From contig JBBRSB010000017.1 in the NCBI GenBank assembly GCA_038245785.1, forward strand, positions 10,942-74,941: a stretch of DNA of 64,000 nucleotides, written 5' to 3'. Position numbers and translations under genes: made by a program. Under the pieces are notes generated by a model. It worked only from the letters and a program-made list of their open reading frames with translations, searched no databases and was not told where the DNA came from. This stretch comes from Gloeobacterales cyanobacterium (GTDB taxonomy: Bacteria; Cyanobacteriota; Cyanobacteriia; Gloeobacterales; PMM-0068). Shown here in pieces: positions 16,752-26,539 of this stretch (its first letter is position 1; each line of letters begins with the position of its first letter).

Positions 16752-17759
16752 TCATAGCTCACGGTATGCCTGCTCATCACCAGCTGAGTCCCATTCGCTT
16801 AATGTCGCGCAGACAGCCTTTAAGTATTCCTCATCGACTCTAGGCAAAGCGACGCTCTTCAGAACATTCATTGGGCCGTAATTTTTCAGTAGCTCCATCT
16901 CCGGCTCATTGCGGACAAGGAGAGCCCCTGCAAAGCCTAGGGAATTCACTGAAATAGACTCAAAATCTTCTTGGGAACGGGGGACCAGTAACATCCATTG
17001 CCGCGTAAGTAAAAGATTGTAGGCTCCTGACTGTTTATTCTCTGCTGTCCGAGCGCCCAAACCTACGGTATGAAGCAAAGTTTTATACTGCTCAAAAGTT
17101 GTAAGCGCTGCTTTTGAAGGGGACTCGGCCCAAGTGGGGTCTAGCTGTGCAAAGGCATGGCTGAACGGAAGTCCAGGGATGGTCCCGACAGGTCCTTGAA
17201 AAGTGGCCGTAGAAAATAAAGAAGCGATGGGAATTGGGGGACTTTCAGGAGTAGAGGCAGGAGCGAGCGGTAGAGGGACCAGTTGCAAATGCTTATGTCG
17301 CTGACTGGCACCAGCTTTTTTGCCCGCATTGTAGAAGGCTAAGCCTTCAAACTCAGCCATGCATGCCCAAAGCGCCTCAAAATCTTGCAGCGTGAGTAGG
17401 TTTTCCTGCTCCTCGAAGTCCCGTGTGATGATCAGCAGATGGTAGTTCGCCACGTTGTATTTATTGAGAAGACAGAGGTGGGTTTTGGAAATGTCAGCAA
17501 CGAAGAGGTCTTCTTCGTAGGGCAGAAAGGGATTGATTTTCTTGCCAGAAGCTTTAGCGGCTTTTTTTGCTTCACGCTTAAGGTTGAGATTGGCCAAGGT
17601 GCGAACCAGGAAATGGACCCCCCCTTGCTCTACAAACGTATGCTCCGTCGGTAACGACAGCAGGGCTCCACACGCCAGCGCATGACGGGTTTGCTCTATG
17701 ACTCTTGGCCATAAAGTGCCCGGTTTCAGCAAGAGCGTCTTCTCTTCAGTCATGGCCAT
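16752..17759 (-). CDS. ATP adenylyltransferase / Ap4A phosphorylase II-like protein
   Basis: HIT-like QRHKHLQLVPLP motif. NKYNVANYHLLIITRDFEEQ is typical of the family. Confidence 0.7.
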   Translation of the reverse strand: MAMTEEKTLLLKPGTLWPRVIEQTRHALACGALLSLPTEHTFVEQGGVHFLVRTLANLNLKREAKKAAKASGKKINPFLPYEEDLFVADISKTHLCLLNKYNVANYHLLIITRDFEEQENLLTLQDFEALWACMAEFEGLAFYNAGKKAGASQRHKHLQLVPLPLAPASTPESPPIPIASLFSTATFQGPVGTIPGLPFSHAFAQLDPTWAESPSKAALTTFEQYKTLLHTVGLGARTAENKQSGAYNLLLTRQWMLLVPRSQEDFESISVNSLGFAGALLVRNEPEMELLKNYGPMNVLKSVALPRVDEEYLKAVCATLSEWDSAGDEQAYREL

Positions 17760-17900
17760 ACGTCAAGATAGTTTGGAATCCTTAGTCTACCGATTTAAGC
17801 CTCCCAAATCTTTGGCATGGACTACGTTGTCTTATAGGCAAGGCTGAAGGCCCAGACCTATCTAATTCACCAATTTTTCACCCGCTCCACGTAGCATGAA

Positions 17901-19241
17901 TTGATGCGTTCAGGTGAAGAGCCATTGCTGTCAAACGTCCGTCCCTCTGGTTTGGCTATTCTCCTGGCGGCCTATCTGCTTATTGCTCCCACACCTGTCT
18001 TAGCCCAGAACGCCTCAGTGCCGTTGTTGAATCTGCGATTGGAAGAGGCGATGCGCCAAGCTGAGGCCAACAATCCGCAGTTACTGGCTGCCCGCCGTAA
18101 CCTTGTTGTTGCCGAGTCGGGTACAGTCACAGCTGCCGTTGGTCCTAATCCTCGTTTAGCCCTAGACGTGCCCATCGGTCTGGCGGAAACCAAGCGCACC
18201 CTGAGTCTGGAGCAACCAATTGAACTGGGAGGAAAGCGTCAGGCTCGTCTCGACTTAGCGAATGACCAGACTCAGGTGGCTCAGGTACAGCTTGAGCAGT
18301 TGCGGTGGCAGGTGCGTTCCGATGTGCGGCAAGCATACGTGGAACTAGCCATTGCTCAGGCTGCTCAAAAACAGACAGAAAACACGGTCAACTTAGCCCA
18401 ACAACTGGTTGAGATTGCCCGTAAACGTCTGAAAGCTGGAGACGTGGCCGAGGCAGAGCTTATCCAAACACGCTTTGTACTGGAACGTGCGCGTCAACGC
18501 CTCGAACCGACGACCAATCGGGTCCGGCAGTCCATGATCAAGCTGGATGCCTTATCGGGCCAGCCAACAGAAACGCTGATCGAGCCTGTAGACGCACAAG
18601 TATTCAATCTAGCGGTTGAAGCAAAGCAAATGACACCTAAAACCTTACTGTTGCTACCAGAACTTACCACGCTACAGAAAATAGCCCAGCAGCGCAGACT
18701 GGATTTGACCCTTGCCCAACAGCAGCAGAGGATCAGCAATGATCAGATAGCCTTAGCCCGTTCTGCTCAAGTTCCAGATGTTGCCCTGGCTGGCGCTTTC
18801 ATCTGGGATCCTGCTACCGAGACAACCGCAGCGCTCTTAGGTATCCGCATAGAGCTACCGATTTTCAATAATCGTCAAGGTGAGGTGAATCAGGCTCTGG
18901 CCAATCAATCCCTGGCAGCAGCTCAGCGATTGGTGCTTGAGCGTCAGGTAGAGAAGGAAGTGGCGGCGGCCTATCAGGATGTGCGTAGTACAGAGCGACT
19001 CTTGCAGCAGGACCGCACGGTGCTCTTACCTCAGTCCGAGCAGGTGCTAGATCTCGCCCGCAAGAGCTACCAGTTTGGTCAAACCGGACTGACCGATGTC
19101 TTGGTTGCTCAGCAGTCCGTTCAAGACCAGCGCGATGCTTACTACAACGATGTTCTTGCTTATCAGACCGCTCTGGGCACCTTAGAACGTGCCGTCAATC
19201 AGCCCCTTACCGGAAAGCCCGATGTCCCCGCCACTCCTTAA
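17901..19241 (+). CDS. TolC-family outer membrane efflux protein
   Basis: Signal peptide, two coiled-coil repeats and conserved LTDVL.AQ near the C-terminus. It is the first gene of the RND operon. Confidence 0.9.
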   Translation: MMRSGEEPLLSNVRPSGLAILLAAYLLIAPTPVLAQNASVPLLNLRLEEAMRQAEANNPQLLAARRNLVVAESGTVTAAVGPNPRLALDVPIGLAETKRTLSLEQPIELGGKRQARLDLANDQTQVAQVQLEQLRWQVRSDVRQAYVELAIAQAAQKQTENTVNLAQQLVEIARKRLKAGDVAEAELIQTRFVLERARQRLEPTTNRVRQSMIKLDALSGQPTETLIEPVDAQVFNLAVEAKQMTPKTLLLLPELTTLQKIAQQRRLDLTLAQQQQRISNDQIALARSAQVPDVALAGAFIWDPATETTAALLGIRIELPIFNNRQGEVNQALANQSLAAAQRLVLERQVEKEVAAAYQDVRSTERLLQQDRTVLLPQSEQVLDLARKSYQFGQTGLTDVLVAQQSVQDQRDAYYNDVLAYQTALGTLERAVNQPLTGKPDVPATP

Positions 19242-20358
19242 ATTATCCACGGGTTGCTGGGTACTGGTTTTGCTGGCAGGCTGCCAGAGTGCCAAGCCGG
19301 CGGAGGACCCTGCCCCACCCCCTGTCGTCCGTTTACCTATCACTCGCGTACAGCGGCAAGACCTTTCGAGCATTGCTCGTCTGACCGGAACGGTGAATGC
19401 TCTGCCGGACCATTCGGTCAAGGTAAGCCCCGCTGTGGCCGGGAAACTAACTGCGGTTCTCGTTGTGCCCGGTCAGCGCATTACCCGTGGACAGCTTATA
19501 GCGCGCCTTAATAATCGTCAGTCCACAGGCCAGCTCGCCCAGACGAATGCAGCTCTGCAGTTCACTACTATCGGAGTTGCTCAAGCACAGACAAATCTGC
19601 AGCTCGCCCGCGATACCCTGGATCGGGTACAGATGCTGTACAACGAGAAAATTGCTCCGCAGAAAGATTTGATTGCGGCCCAGAGTCAACTCGCTACCAG
19701 TAAAGAGCAACTGCAGGCTGCCAAGTCTCAGGTTGCCCAAGCCCAGGCAACCCGCTCTCAATCAGTGGCGCAGCTAGGATTTGCGGAAGTGCGTAGTCCT
19801 ATCTCAGGCGTAGTGGCCCGTCGCTTGCTCAATATCGGCGATACTACTGACCCTGCGACACCGATTGTGCAGGTGGTGGATCTCGCCACTGTCATCATCA
19901 ATGCCAGCCAGCCAGCCGATTCACCCGTCCAGATCCAGGTCGGGCAAAAAGGGTATATCCAGGGTCCATCTCAAGGCGGACCGGATCTAGTGGGAACCGT
20001 CACTGCTGTTAGTCCGATCGTCGATCCCCAAAGCAATACGCTCTCTATCCAGCTCCGTTGCCCAAATCCAAAAGGACAGCTCAAAGAGGGACAATCGGTT
20101 GCAGTCCAAGTGACAACCAGTGTTCATAGAGCCGCGCTCACAGTTCCTAAGACAGCTCTAGTCCCCGATCCAGATCAGCCTAACGCTCGCTTGGTGTACA
20201 AGCTTCAGGGCGGAAAGATTACGCGGGTTCCGGTACGCACAGGGCTTGAAGAGCGAGGGCGAATTGAGATCCTAAACGGTCTTTCCGCAGGCGAAATGAT
20301 TGCCGCTAGTGGAGCCTACGGCCTACCGGATGGTACGGCAGTGGAGGCTCTACCATGA
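19189..20358 (+). CDS. efflux RND transporter periplasmic adaptor subunit
   Basis: The lipobox LLAGC after the internal Met (likely start 19222), a coiled-coil hairpin and beta-barrel motifs (VRSPISGVVARR). An ATGA overlap couples it to the permease. Confidence 0.9.
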   Translation: MPSISPLPESPMSPPLLKLSTGCWVLVLLAGCQSAKPAEDPAPPPVVRLPITRVQRQDLSSIARLTGTVNALPDHSVKVSPAVAGKLTAVLVVPGQRITRGQLIARLNNRQSTGQLAQTNAALQFTTIGVAQAQTNLQLARDTLDRVQMLYNEKIAPQKDLIAAQSQLATSKEQLQAAKSQVAQAQATRSQSVAQLGFAEVRSPISGVVARRLLNIGDTTDPATPIVQVVDLATVIINASQPADSPVQIQVGQKGYIQGPSQGGPDLVGTVTAVSPIVDPQSNTLSIQLRCPNPKGQLKEGQSVAVQVTTSVHRAALTVPKTALVPDPDQPNARLVYKLQGGKITRVPVRTGLEERGRIEILNGLSAGEMIAASGAYGLPDGTAVEALP

Positions 20359-23300
20359 TTCGTTTTACCAAACTCCTGCAATCACAGGCTCGGGCCATCT
20401 ATTTAGTCTTCGCCCTCGTTGCCGTTGGTGGTTTGCTGGCCTACTTGAACTTGCCTTCAGACGTCTACCCAGAACTGTCCTTCCCCCGCATTGCCGTGAT
20501 TGCTGAAGTGGGAGACACTTCTCCAGAGCGGGTGGTAGTTACAGTGACACGACCCCTGGAGGAAGCGGTCGGCCAGGTTTATCGGGTGCGCTGGGTCCGA
20601 TCAAAGACGATTCGCGGCTCGACGGAACTTTCGATTGAGTTCCAACCCGGTACGGACATGCAGTCGGCCTTGCAGCAACTGCAAACACGCATTGCTGAAG
20701 TGCGCTCCAATTTACCTCCAAACGTTAACCTAACCGTTGAGCGGATTACCCCGGCTATTTTTCCAGTTCTCGGCTATAACGTCAGTGCCCCAGCGCTCAC
20801 GCAAGCAGACCTCTATACGATTGCCCGCTATCAAATCCAGCCACGCCTGACACGGGTGCCGGGCGTGGCCCGTGTGCAAATTCAAGGGGGAGATATTCCC
20901 CAAGTCGCGATCGAAATCGATCCAGCCAAACTCAAAAGCTATGGTCTGAGCCTGACCCAAATCGCTGATGCGCTGACCCGCACTAATCAAATTCAGGTGG
21001 TGGGCAAACTCGACGAACGCTATCAACAAAATTTGGTAGTAGCGACCAACGAAGCCGCTGAGCCTTCCCAGCTTGGGGGCATTGTCGTAGCTACTCGCGC
21101 AGGCGGAGTTCCTATCTTCCTCCGAGACTTAGGACGTATTCAGTCAGGAGCTGCTGACCGAACCCGCCTTGTCAGCGTGGATGGTAAGCCGGGTCTAACC
21201 CTGAATATCTTTCGTCAACCGAACAGCAACGTGGTCGATGTCTCTACAGGAGTACAGACAGAACTGGCGGAGATCAAGAAAAGCTTGCCGCCTGGGGTGG
21301 TGATCAAGCCCGCTTATAACGAATCGGGTCTGGTGGTCGATGCCATTGCCAATGTGCGCGATGCCATCGGCATTGGGATTGTACTAATTATTATCGTCCT
21401 CTACTTTTTCCTGCGCGAGTGGCGTAGCACCGTCATTGCCGCTCTAACTATTCCTTTATCTGCCTTGGCCGCCTTCGCTGTGCTCTATCTCGTTGGTCAG
21501 AGCCTGAATTTAATGTCTTTGGGAGGGCTAGCCGTCGCCATTGGCCTCGTGATTGATGATGCCATCGTTGTCATCGAGAACATCGACCGACAGATGCAAG
21601 GTGGGCTTAACCCATCAGCAGCGGTGGCAGCAGCAGCCACAGAACTGGCTGGACCCGTCACCAGTTCTACAATAACGACGGTGGTGGTATTTCTTCCTCT
21701 AGGACTCCTATCAGGCGTGGCGGGGCAGTTCTTTATCAGCCTAACCCTCACGCTTTCAGCTGCTGTCATTTTCTCGCTATTGCTTGCCCTCAGCTTAACA
21801 CCCCTCCTTTCGGCTCGCTGGCTGCGCAATGAGCAGCTCGCAACAGAGTCTGCGGATCTGACACGGCTGGACAGTGCTTATACGAGCGTGCTGGGCAAAG
21901 TGCTCAACCAACCCTTGCTAGTCGCGCTTGTCTCCCTGATACTCCTGCTTGGGGGCAGTTTACTCTTCAGTCAATTGGGGTCAGATTTTTTACCCGCTGT
22001 CGATGAAGGTAGCTATATCCTGGACTACCTGACTCCGCCGGGAACTGCTCTTGCAGAGACAGATATCTTGGCCCACAGGCTTGAAAATATCCTCGCTAAA
22101 ACGCCTGAAGTGGTGGCTTGGACCCGACGCACGGGGGCAGAAAATGGTCTGTTTGCCACTGAACCGAACAAAGGCGATATCCTTGTGGTCCTGAAACCTG
22201 CAAGTGAGCGGAAGCGCAGTGTTTCGGACATCATCGAAGAGCAGCGTCAGCAAATTGCGCAGCAGTTACCTCAAGTGGAAAGTGATTTTCACCAGATTCT
22301 GCAGGACGAACTCAATGATCTCTCTGGAACCGCTAGCCCAATTGAAGTGAGACTGTTTGGCGAAGACCCGATTATTCTGCGCAAGCTGGCTGCCCAAGCG
22401 GAGGAGAAGATCAAGGACACGCCAGGGTTAGTAGATCTCGTCACTACAGGCAGAGTCGGTGCCCCGCAGATCGATATCCAGGTGGACTCCCAGCAAGCCG
22501 GGCGCATCGGCCTCACGGCGGCAGAGGTGACGACGCAGGTGCAGAATTCCCTTTTAGGAGGAATCGCTACTCAATTACGGCAGGCGGATCGGTTGATCGA
22601 TGTGCGCGTCCGCTTGCTGGATTCGGTACGGCGCGACCCCCAACAGCTGGCTCAGGTGCCAATCATTGGCTCAAATGGTCAGGTGCTTCCCCTCTCAGCC
22701 CTTGCGTCTCTTAAATCAAACGCAGGTGAAGGCGAGATCTCCCGTGAAAATCAACAGCGATACGTATCACTCAAGGCCAACCTGGAAGGCCGTGACCTGG
22801 GCTCAGCAGTGCAAGAGGTGCGAGGAAAACTGGCTGGACTAAAGCTGCCCGCAGGCTACACCCTTGTCCTCGGCGGCCTTTACGCCAGCCAGCAGGAGAC
22901 CTTTGGCCAACTGCTCGCCGTTCTAGTACTGGCGATTGTGCTGGTCTATCTCGTCTTAGTGGTGCAATTTCGTTCCTTCAGCCAGCCTCTGGCTATCTTC
23001 ACGGCGATTCCCCTAGCTCTGTTTGGAGTGGTGGTCGCTCTCTGGATTACCCACACTCCGATCAACGTTTCTTCGTTTATGGGAATCATTCTGCTGATTG
23101 GTCTAGTGGTCAAAAACGGGATCATCTTACTGGAATATACCAATCGACTACGAGAAGAAGGTTTGTCCCTAGATGAAGCTTTGATTGAAGCAGGGCGGGT
23201 ACGACTGCGACCAATTCTGATGACCACTTTGTGCACCATCCTTGGTCTACTGCCGCTGGCGTTGGGTCTAGGGGCAGGGGCTGAACTGCAAAAACCGCTG

Positions 23301-23417
23301 GCCATTGCTGTCATCGGCGGTCTATCCCTCTCCACAATTTTTACCCTCATCTTCGTACCCGTTGTCTTTCGGGCCATCAATCAGGGAACCATTCGCAATC
23401 AAGAGGCCGTACCGTGA
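20355..23417 (+). CDS. efflux RND transporter permease subunit (AcrB/CzcA superfamily)
   Basis: 1020 aa, 12-TM architecture, GLVIDDAIVVIENI motif. Confidence 0.95.
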   Translation: MIRFTKLLQSQARAIYLVFALVAVGGLLAYLNLPSDVYPELSFPRIAVIAEVGDTSPERVVVTVTRPLEEAVGQVYRVRWVRSKTIRGSTELSIEFQPGTDMQSALQQLQTRIAEVRSNLPPNVNLTVERITPAIFPVLGYNVSAPALTQADLYTIARYQIQPRLTRVPGVARVQIQGGDIPQVAIEIDPAKLKSYGLSLTQIADALTRTNQIQVVGKLDERYQQNLVVATNEAAEPSQLGGIVVATRAGGVPIFLRDLGRIQSGAADRTRLVSVDGKPGLTLNIFRQPNSNVVDVSTGVQTELAEIKKSLPPGVVIKPAYNESGLVVDAIANVRDAIGIGIVLIIIVLYFFLREWRSTVIAALTIPLSALAAFAVLYLVGQSLNLMSLGGLAVAIGLVIDDAIVVIENIDRQMQGGLNPSAAVAAAATELAGPVTSSTITTVVVFLPLGLLSGVAGQFFISLTLTLSAAVIFSLLLALSLTPLLSARWLRNEQLATESADLTRLDSAYTSVLGKVLNQPLLVALVSLILLLGGSLLFSQLGSDFLPAVDEGSYILDYLTPPGTALAETDILAHRLENILAKTPEVVAWTRRTGAENGLFATEPNKGDILVVLKPASERKRSVSDIIEEQRQQIAQQLPQVESDFHQILQDELNDLSGTASPIEVRLFGEDPIILRKLAAQAEEKIKDTPGLVDLVTTGRVGAPQIDIQVDSQQAGRIGLTAAEVTTQVQNSLLGGIATQLRQADRLIDVRVRLLDSVRRDPQQLAQVPIIGSNGQVLPLSALASLKSNAGEGEISRENQQRYVSLKANLEGRDLGSAVQEVRGKLAGLKLPAGYTLVLGGLYASQQETFGQLLAVLVLAIVLVYLVLVVQFRSFSQPLAIFTAIPLALFGVVVALWITHTPINVSSFMGIILLIGLVVKNGIILLEYTNRLREEGLSLDEALIEAGRVRLRPILMTTLCTILGLLPLALGLGAGAELQKPLAIAVIGGLSLSTIFTLIFVPVVFRAINQGTIRNQEAVP

Positions 23418-23451
23418 TAGGGCGGAGATAAGTAATTGCGGAGATTAGACT

Positions 23452-25137
23452 TTGACGAGCGTACCATCCACCTCAAAGCGCACGCACCTTAGCCTCTGGG
23501 TCACTTTTTTTCTGATAGCGAGTGTAGGTATTGTCGATCTTTTGTCCGCCGTTACCCCCAGCCTGCCAGAAAGAGTTCGGTGGCTTGCAAAGTTTTTTCC
23601 TATAGAGCTAAGGAGTTCAGGGCATCTATTTTCTGCGCTTATTGGATTTTTCCTGCTGACCTTGGCAACCAGCTTATTGCGGCGAAAGCGTTCGGCCTGG
23701 CTGCTGACGATTGCGCTCCTCATTGCTTCCATTTTTTCTCATTTGATTAAGGGACTGGACTATGAGGAAAGTTTTTTGACCTTGGGACTACTGATTCAGC
23801 TCATTCTGACGCGCAAAGCGTTCACGGCCAAGTCAGATCGACCTTCTATGGCTCAAGGCGTGCGCGTCCTCATCGGAGCTTTAGTGTTCACTTTGGCCTA
23901 TGGCACGGCGGGCTTCTTTCTGCTGGACCGAGCCTACAAGGTCAATTTTGATCTGCCAGGAGCCATTTTTCAGACCCTGTCCATGTTTTTTACCGAGGAC
24001 AATGCAGGGCTACAACCACAGACAAGATTCGGACGCTTCTTTGCGAATTCTATTTACTTGGTCGGTGGAGTTACCTTGGCCTATGCATTGCTGATGCTCC
24101 TGCGGCCCGTTCTGCTCCGTGGAGAACCAGCCCTTTCAGCCGAGCGACAAAGGGCCAAGAAGATTGTTGAAAAGTATGGGTGTTCCTCTTTAGCAAGATT
24201 CACGTTGCTGGATGACAAAGCCTATTACTTCAGTCCATCAGGAGAGAGTTTTATCGCCTATGTTCCCAAAGGTCGGGGAGCTATTGCGCTAGGTGATCCG
24301 ATTGGTCCCATCGCAGACTATCCTCAGGCCATTATTGGTTTTCAGCAGCGCTGTGAACGCAATGATTGGTATCCGGCTTTTTATCAGACTCAGCCTGCTT
24401 ATTTGGACTTATATCAATCGCTTGGTTTTCGAGTATTGCACATTGGTGAAGAAGGCATTGTAGACCTGAGAGCCTTCTCGTTGAAGGGCAAAGCTGGGCA
24501 AAATCTAAGAACGACGATGAATCGGTTTGCAAAGTTGCAGTATCAGGTCAAGTTTTATCAGCCACCGATTGATTCTTCTTTACTCCAGCAACTCCGTAGC
24601 GTCAGTGATGAATGGCTTTATATGATGCATGGCTCTGAGAAGAAGTTTTCTCTGGGCTGGTTTGACGAGGACTATCTTAAATCGTGTGAGATCGCTGTCG
24701 TTGAGACCTCCTCTGGTGAGATCAGTGCCTTTGCTAATCTAGTGAGCGGCTATCAGGCAAAGATGATCACGGTTGATTTGATGCGGCAACGAACTGAAGT
24801 TGAGCCAGGCACGATGGACTTTTTGTTTATTTCGATGTTTGAGAAGTTTAAAGCAGAAGGCTATGAAGGATTTAACCTCGGCCTGTCCGCACTCTCAGGA
24901 GTGGGTAATACGGATGATTCTCCCCAGCTAGAGAAGGTCGTTAGCTATCTCTATGAGCACCTCAATCAGTTCTATAACTTTAAGGGCGTACACCAGTACA
25001 AAGAGAAATTTTACCCACAGTGGGAACCCCGCTATTTGATCTATCCCAATTTGACTACGCTCCCCGATGTTATTTTTGCCCTTGTTAGAGCAGACTCCGG
25101 CGATCGCCTTCTGGATTACTTAAAACCAGGTGCTTAA
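23452..25137 (+). CDS. MprF-like membrane protein with C-terminal DUF2156 (aminoacyl-phosphatidylglycerol synthase) domain
   Basis: N-terminal TM bundle, then a DUF2156-like region (YYFSPSGESFIAYV..GRGAIALGDPIGP ... FNLGLSALSGVG ... FYNFKGVHQYKEKF.PQWEPRYL). Confidence 0.8.
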   Translation: MTSVPSTSKRTHLSLWVTFFLIASVGIVDLLSAVTPSLPERVRWLAKFFPIELRSSGHLFSALIGFFLLTLATSLLRRKRSAWLLTIALLIASIFSHLIKGLDYEESFLTLGLLIQLILTRKAFTAKSDRPSMAQGVRVLIGALVFTLAYGTAGFFLLDRAYKVNFDLPGAIFQTLSMFFTEDNAGLQPQTRFGRFFANSIYLVGGVTLAYALLMLLRPVLLRGEPALSAERQRAKKIVEKYGCSSLARFTLLDDKAYYFSPSGESFIAYVPKGRGAIALGDPIGPIADYPQAIIGFQQRCERNDWYPAFYQTQPAYLDLYQSLGFRVLHIGEEGIVDLRAFSLKGKAGQNLRTTMNRFAKLQYQVKFYQPPIDSSLLQQLRSVSDEWLYMMHGSEKKFSLGWFDEDYLKSCEIAVVETSSGEISAFANLVSGYQAKMITVDLMRQRTEVEPGTMDFLFISMFEKFKAEGYEGFNLGLSALSGVGNTDDSPQLEKVVSYLYEHLNQFYNFKGVHQYKEKFYPQWEPRYLIYPNLTTLPDVIFALVRADSGDRLLDYLKPGA

Positions 25138-25159
25138 TTAGACTTCTTGCCCGATCCCG

Positions 25160-25255
25160 GACGCCCCCTAAATCCCCCATAGCGAAGCTTCTCGGAGAGT
25201 ATTCTGGGGGACTTTGAAGTCAGAACCCCCTAAAGTTGGGGGGCAGGGGGGCTTC
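25160..25255. repeat. G5/C5 palindromic dispersed repeat, composite copy
   Basis: CCCCCATAGCGAAGCTTCTCGGAGAGTATTCTGGGGGA shares the AGCGAAGC.TT.CGGAG core and the C5/G5 stems with 35770-35810. Additional C5/G5-G6 tracts follow. Confidence 0.7.
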
Positions 25256-25391
25256 CGATATTCATGCAGGAGCTTAGTTGCTTTCTTCACCAAAATCGCA
25301 CTAGTACTATCTATTCTTTATCTAGGTAGAGTTCGCTCATCGAAAAGGACTCTTACTCAAAAAACTCCAAACATTACGAAGGACTTTAACC

Positions 25392-25736
25392 ATGTTGGCC
25401 TTTAACCGAAAACTTCTCACGCTTAGTATGTTCAGTCTTCTTGGACTAGCAGGCATGATTCCTATCTTCGTTCAGGCCGCTCCGCTAAAAAGCAGCATCC
25501 AGATTCCCTACCAAAAAGTTGCAGAGAGTAAAGAAGAAATTAACACGCCTCGTCTCAAAAAGCTCGCTAAAATATCTAAAGCTGAGGCTATTCAAATTGC
25601 TCGTAAGCAATACCAAGGCAAGCTTGGCGCTGTAGATCTTGAGAATGAAGATGGCAATCTTATCTATTCTGTAGAGATAGGGAAGAAAGAGTTAGCTATT
25701 GATGCAGGTAATGGCAAGATTTTACAGGTGGAATGA
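25392..25736 (+). CDS. PepSY domain-containing secreted protein
   Basis: Signal peptide plus ISKAEAIQIARKQYQGKLGAVDLENEDGNLIYSVEI...IDAGNGKIL. Confidence 0.85.
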   Translation: MLAFNRKLLTLSMFSLLGLAGMIPIFVQAAPLKSSIQIPYQKVAESKEEINTPRLKKLAKISKAEAIQIARKQYQGKLGAVDLENEDGNLIYSVEIGKKELAIDAGNGKILQVE

Positions 25737-25861
25737 GGTTTGCCACGATTGAGTACAAACTTCGGCGCTTAAGCACTGCTTTGTCATAACTAACCAGAAG
25801 TACACTTGTACACGTGAGTCTTTAGAACACATCTATTAGGCTATAGCCCTCAGGTTCTGTT

Positions 25862-26539
25862 ATGACGAAGATTCTTCTAGTTGAAGATGATGAGCGTATC
25901 GTCCGGCCCCTCAAACGGGAATTGGAGCGAGAGCACTACCTGATTGATGTGGCTAGCGATGGCGAAGAGGGCTGGCATTACCTCAGCCTGCATGAATACG
26001 ACTTGGTCATCCTAGATGTAATGCTGCCTAAGCTCGACGGTATGGGCTTATGTCGCCGTTTACGTCAGCACGTGATCGGTGTGCCCGTACTTATGCTCAC
26101 GGCGCGCGATACTACCTCCGATAAAGTCCAGGGGCTGGATGCTGGAGCAGACGATTATCTAGTCAAACCCTTTGAAATCGAGGAACTGCATGCGCGCCTG
26201 CGTTCCCTCCTGCGTCGCCCAGATCCCAACCGTCAGCCTCTGCTGCAGCATGGGCTCATTTGCTTGAACCCGGCCAGTCAGAGCGTGACGGTTGAAAGCC
26301 GAAAGGTGGATCTAACGCCAAAGGAGTACCAGCTCCTGGAGTGCTTCCTGCGCCATCCTACGCAGCTCTTCAACCGGGAACGCCTTATCGAACGACTATG
26401 GGGCTGGGACGAAAGTCCCGAAAGCAATGTGATCAAGGCTCATGTCAAAGGACTGCGCCGCAAACTAAAAGAGGCAGGGGCCTCTGACCCGATAGAGACC
26501 GTTTTTGGTTTTGGCTACCGTTTGAATAGCCATGTTTAG
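25862..26539 (+). CDS. OmpR-family response regulator
   Basis: Receiver (ILLVEDD, LVILDVMLPKLDG, LTARD) plus winged helix (LTPKEYQLLECF, GFGYRL). Confidence 0.95.
   Translation: MTKILLVEDDERIVRPLKRELEREHYLIDVASDGEEGWHYLSLHEYDLVILDVMLPKLDGMGLCRRLRQHVIGVPVLMLTARDTTSDKVQGLDAGADDYLVKPFEIEELHARLRSLLRRPDPNRQPLLQHGLICLNPASQSVTVESRKVDLTPKEYQLLECFLRHPTQLFNRERLIERLWGWDESPESNVIKAHVKGLRRKLKEAGASDPIETVFGFGYRLNSHV

Noticed and set aside
21497-23380. Minus-strand ORFs of 69-144 aa inside the first RND permease
   Set aside because: They are antisense shadows of a well-supported 1020-aa gene, with Arg/Ser/Pro-rich translations.
25214-25405. 63-aa ORF starting MKSEPPKVGGQGGF
   Set aside because: Its N-terminal half is simply the translation of the G5/C5 palindromic repeat. 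It also overlaps the start of the PepSY gene.
25770-25830. GTACAC-TT-GTACAC direct repeat as a response-regulator binding site upstream of the OmpR-family gene
   Set aside because: The two hexamers are only 8 nt apart, which does not fit the roughly 10-11-nt phasing of OmpR-type boxes. There is no supporting evidence.
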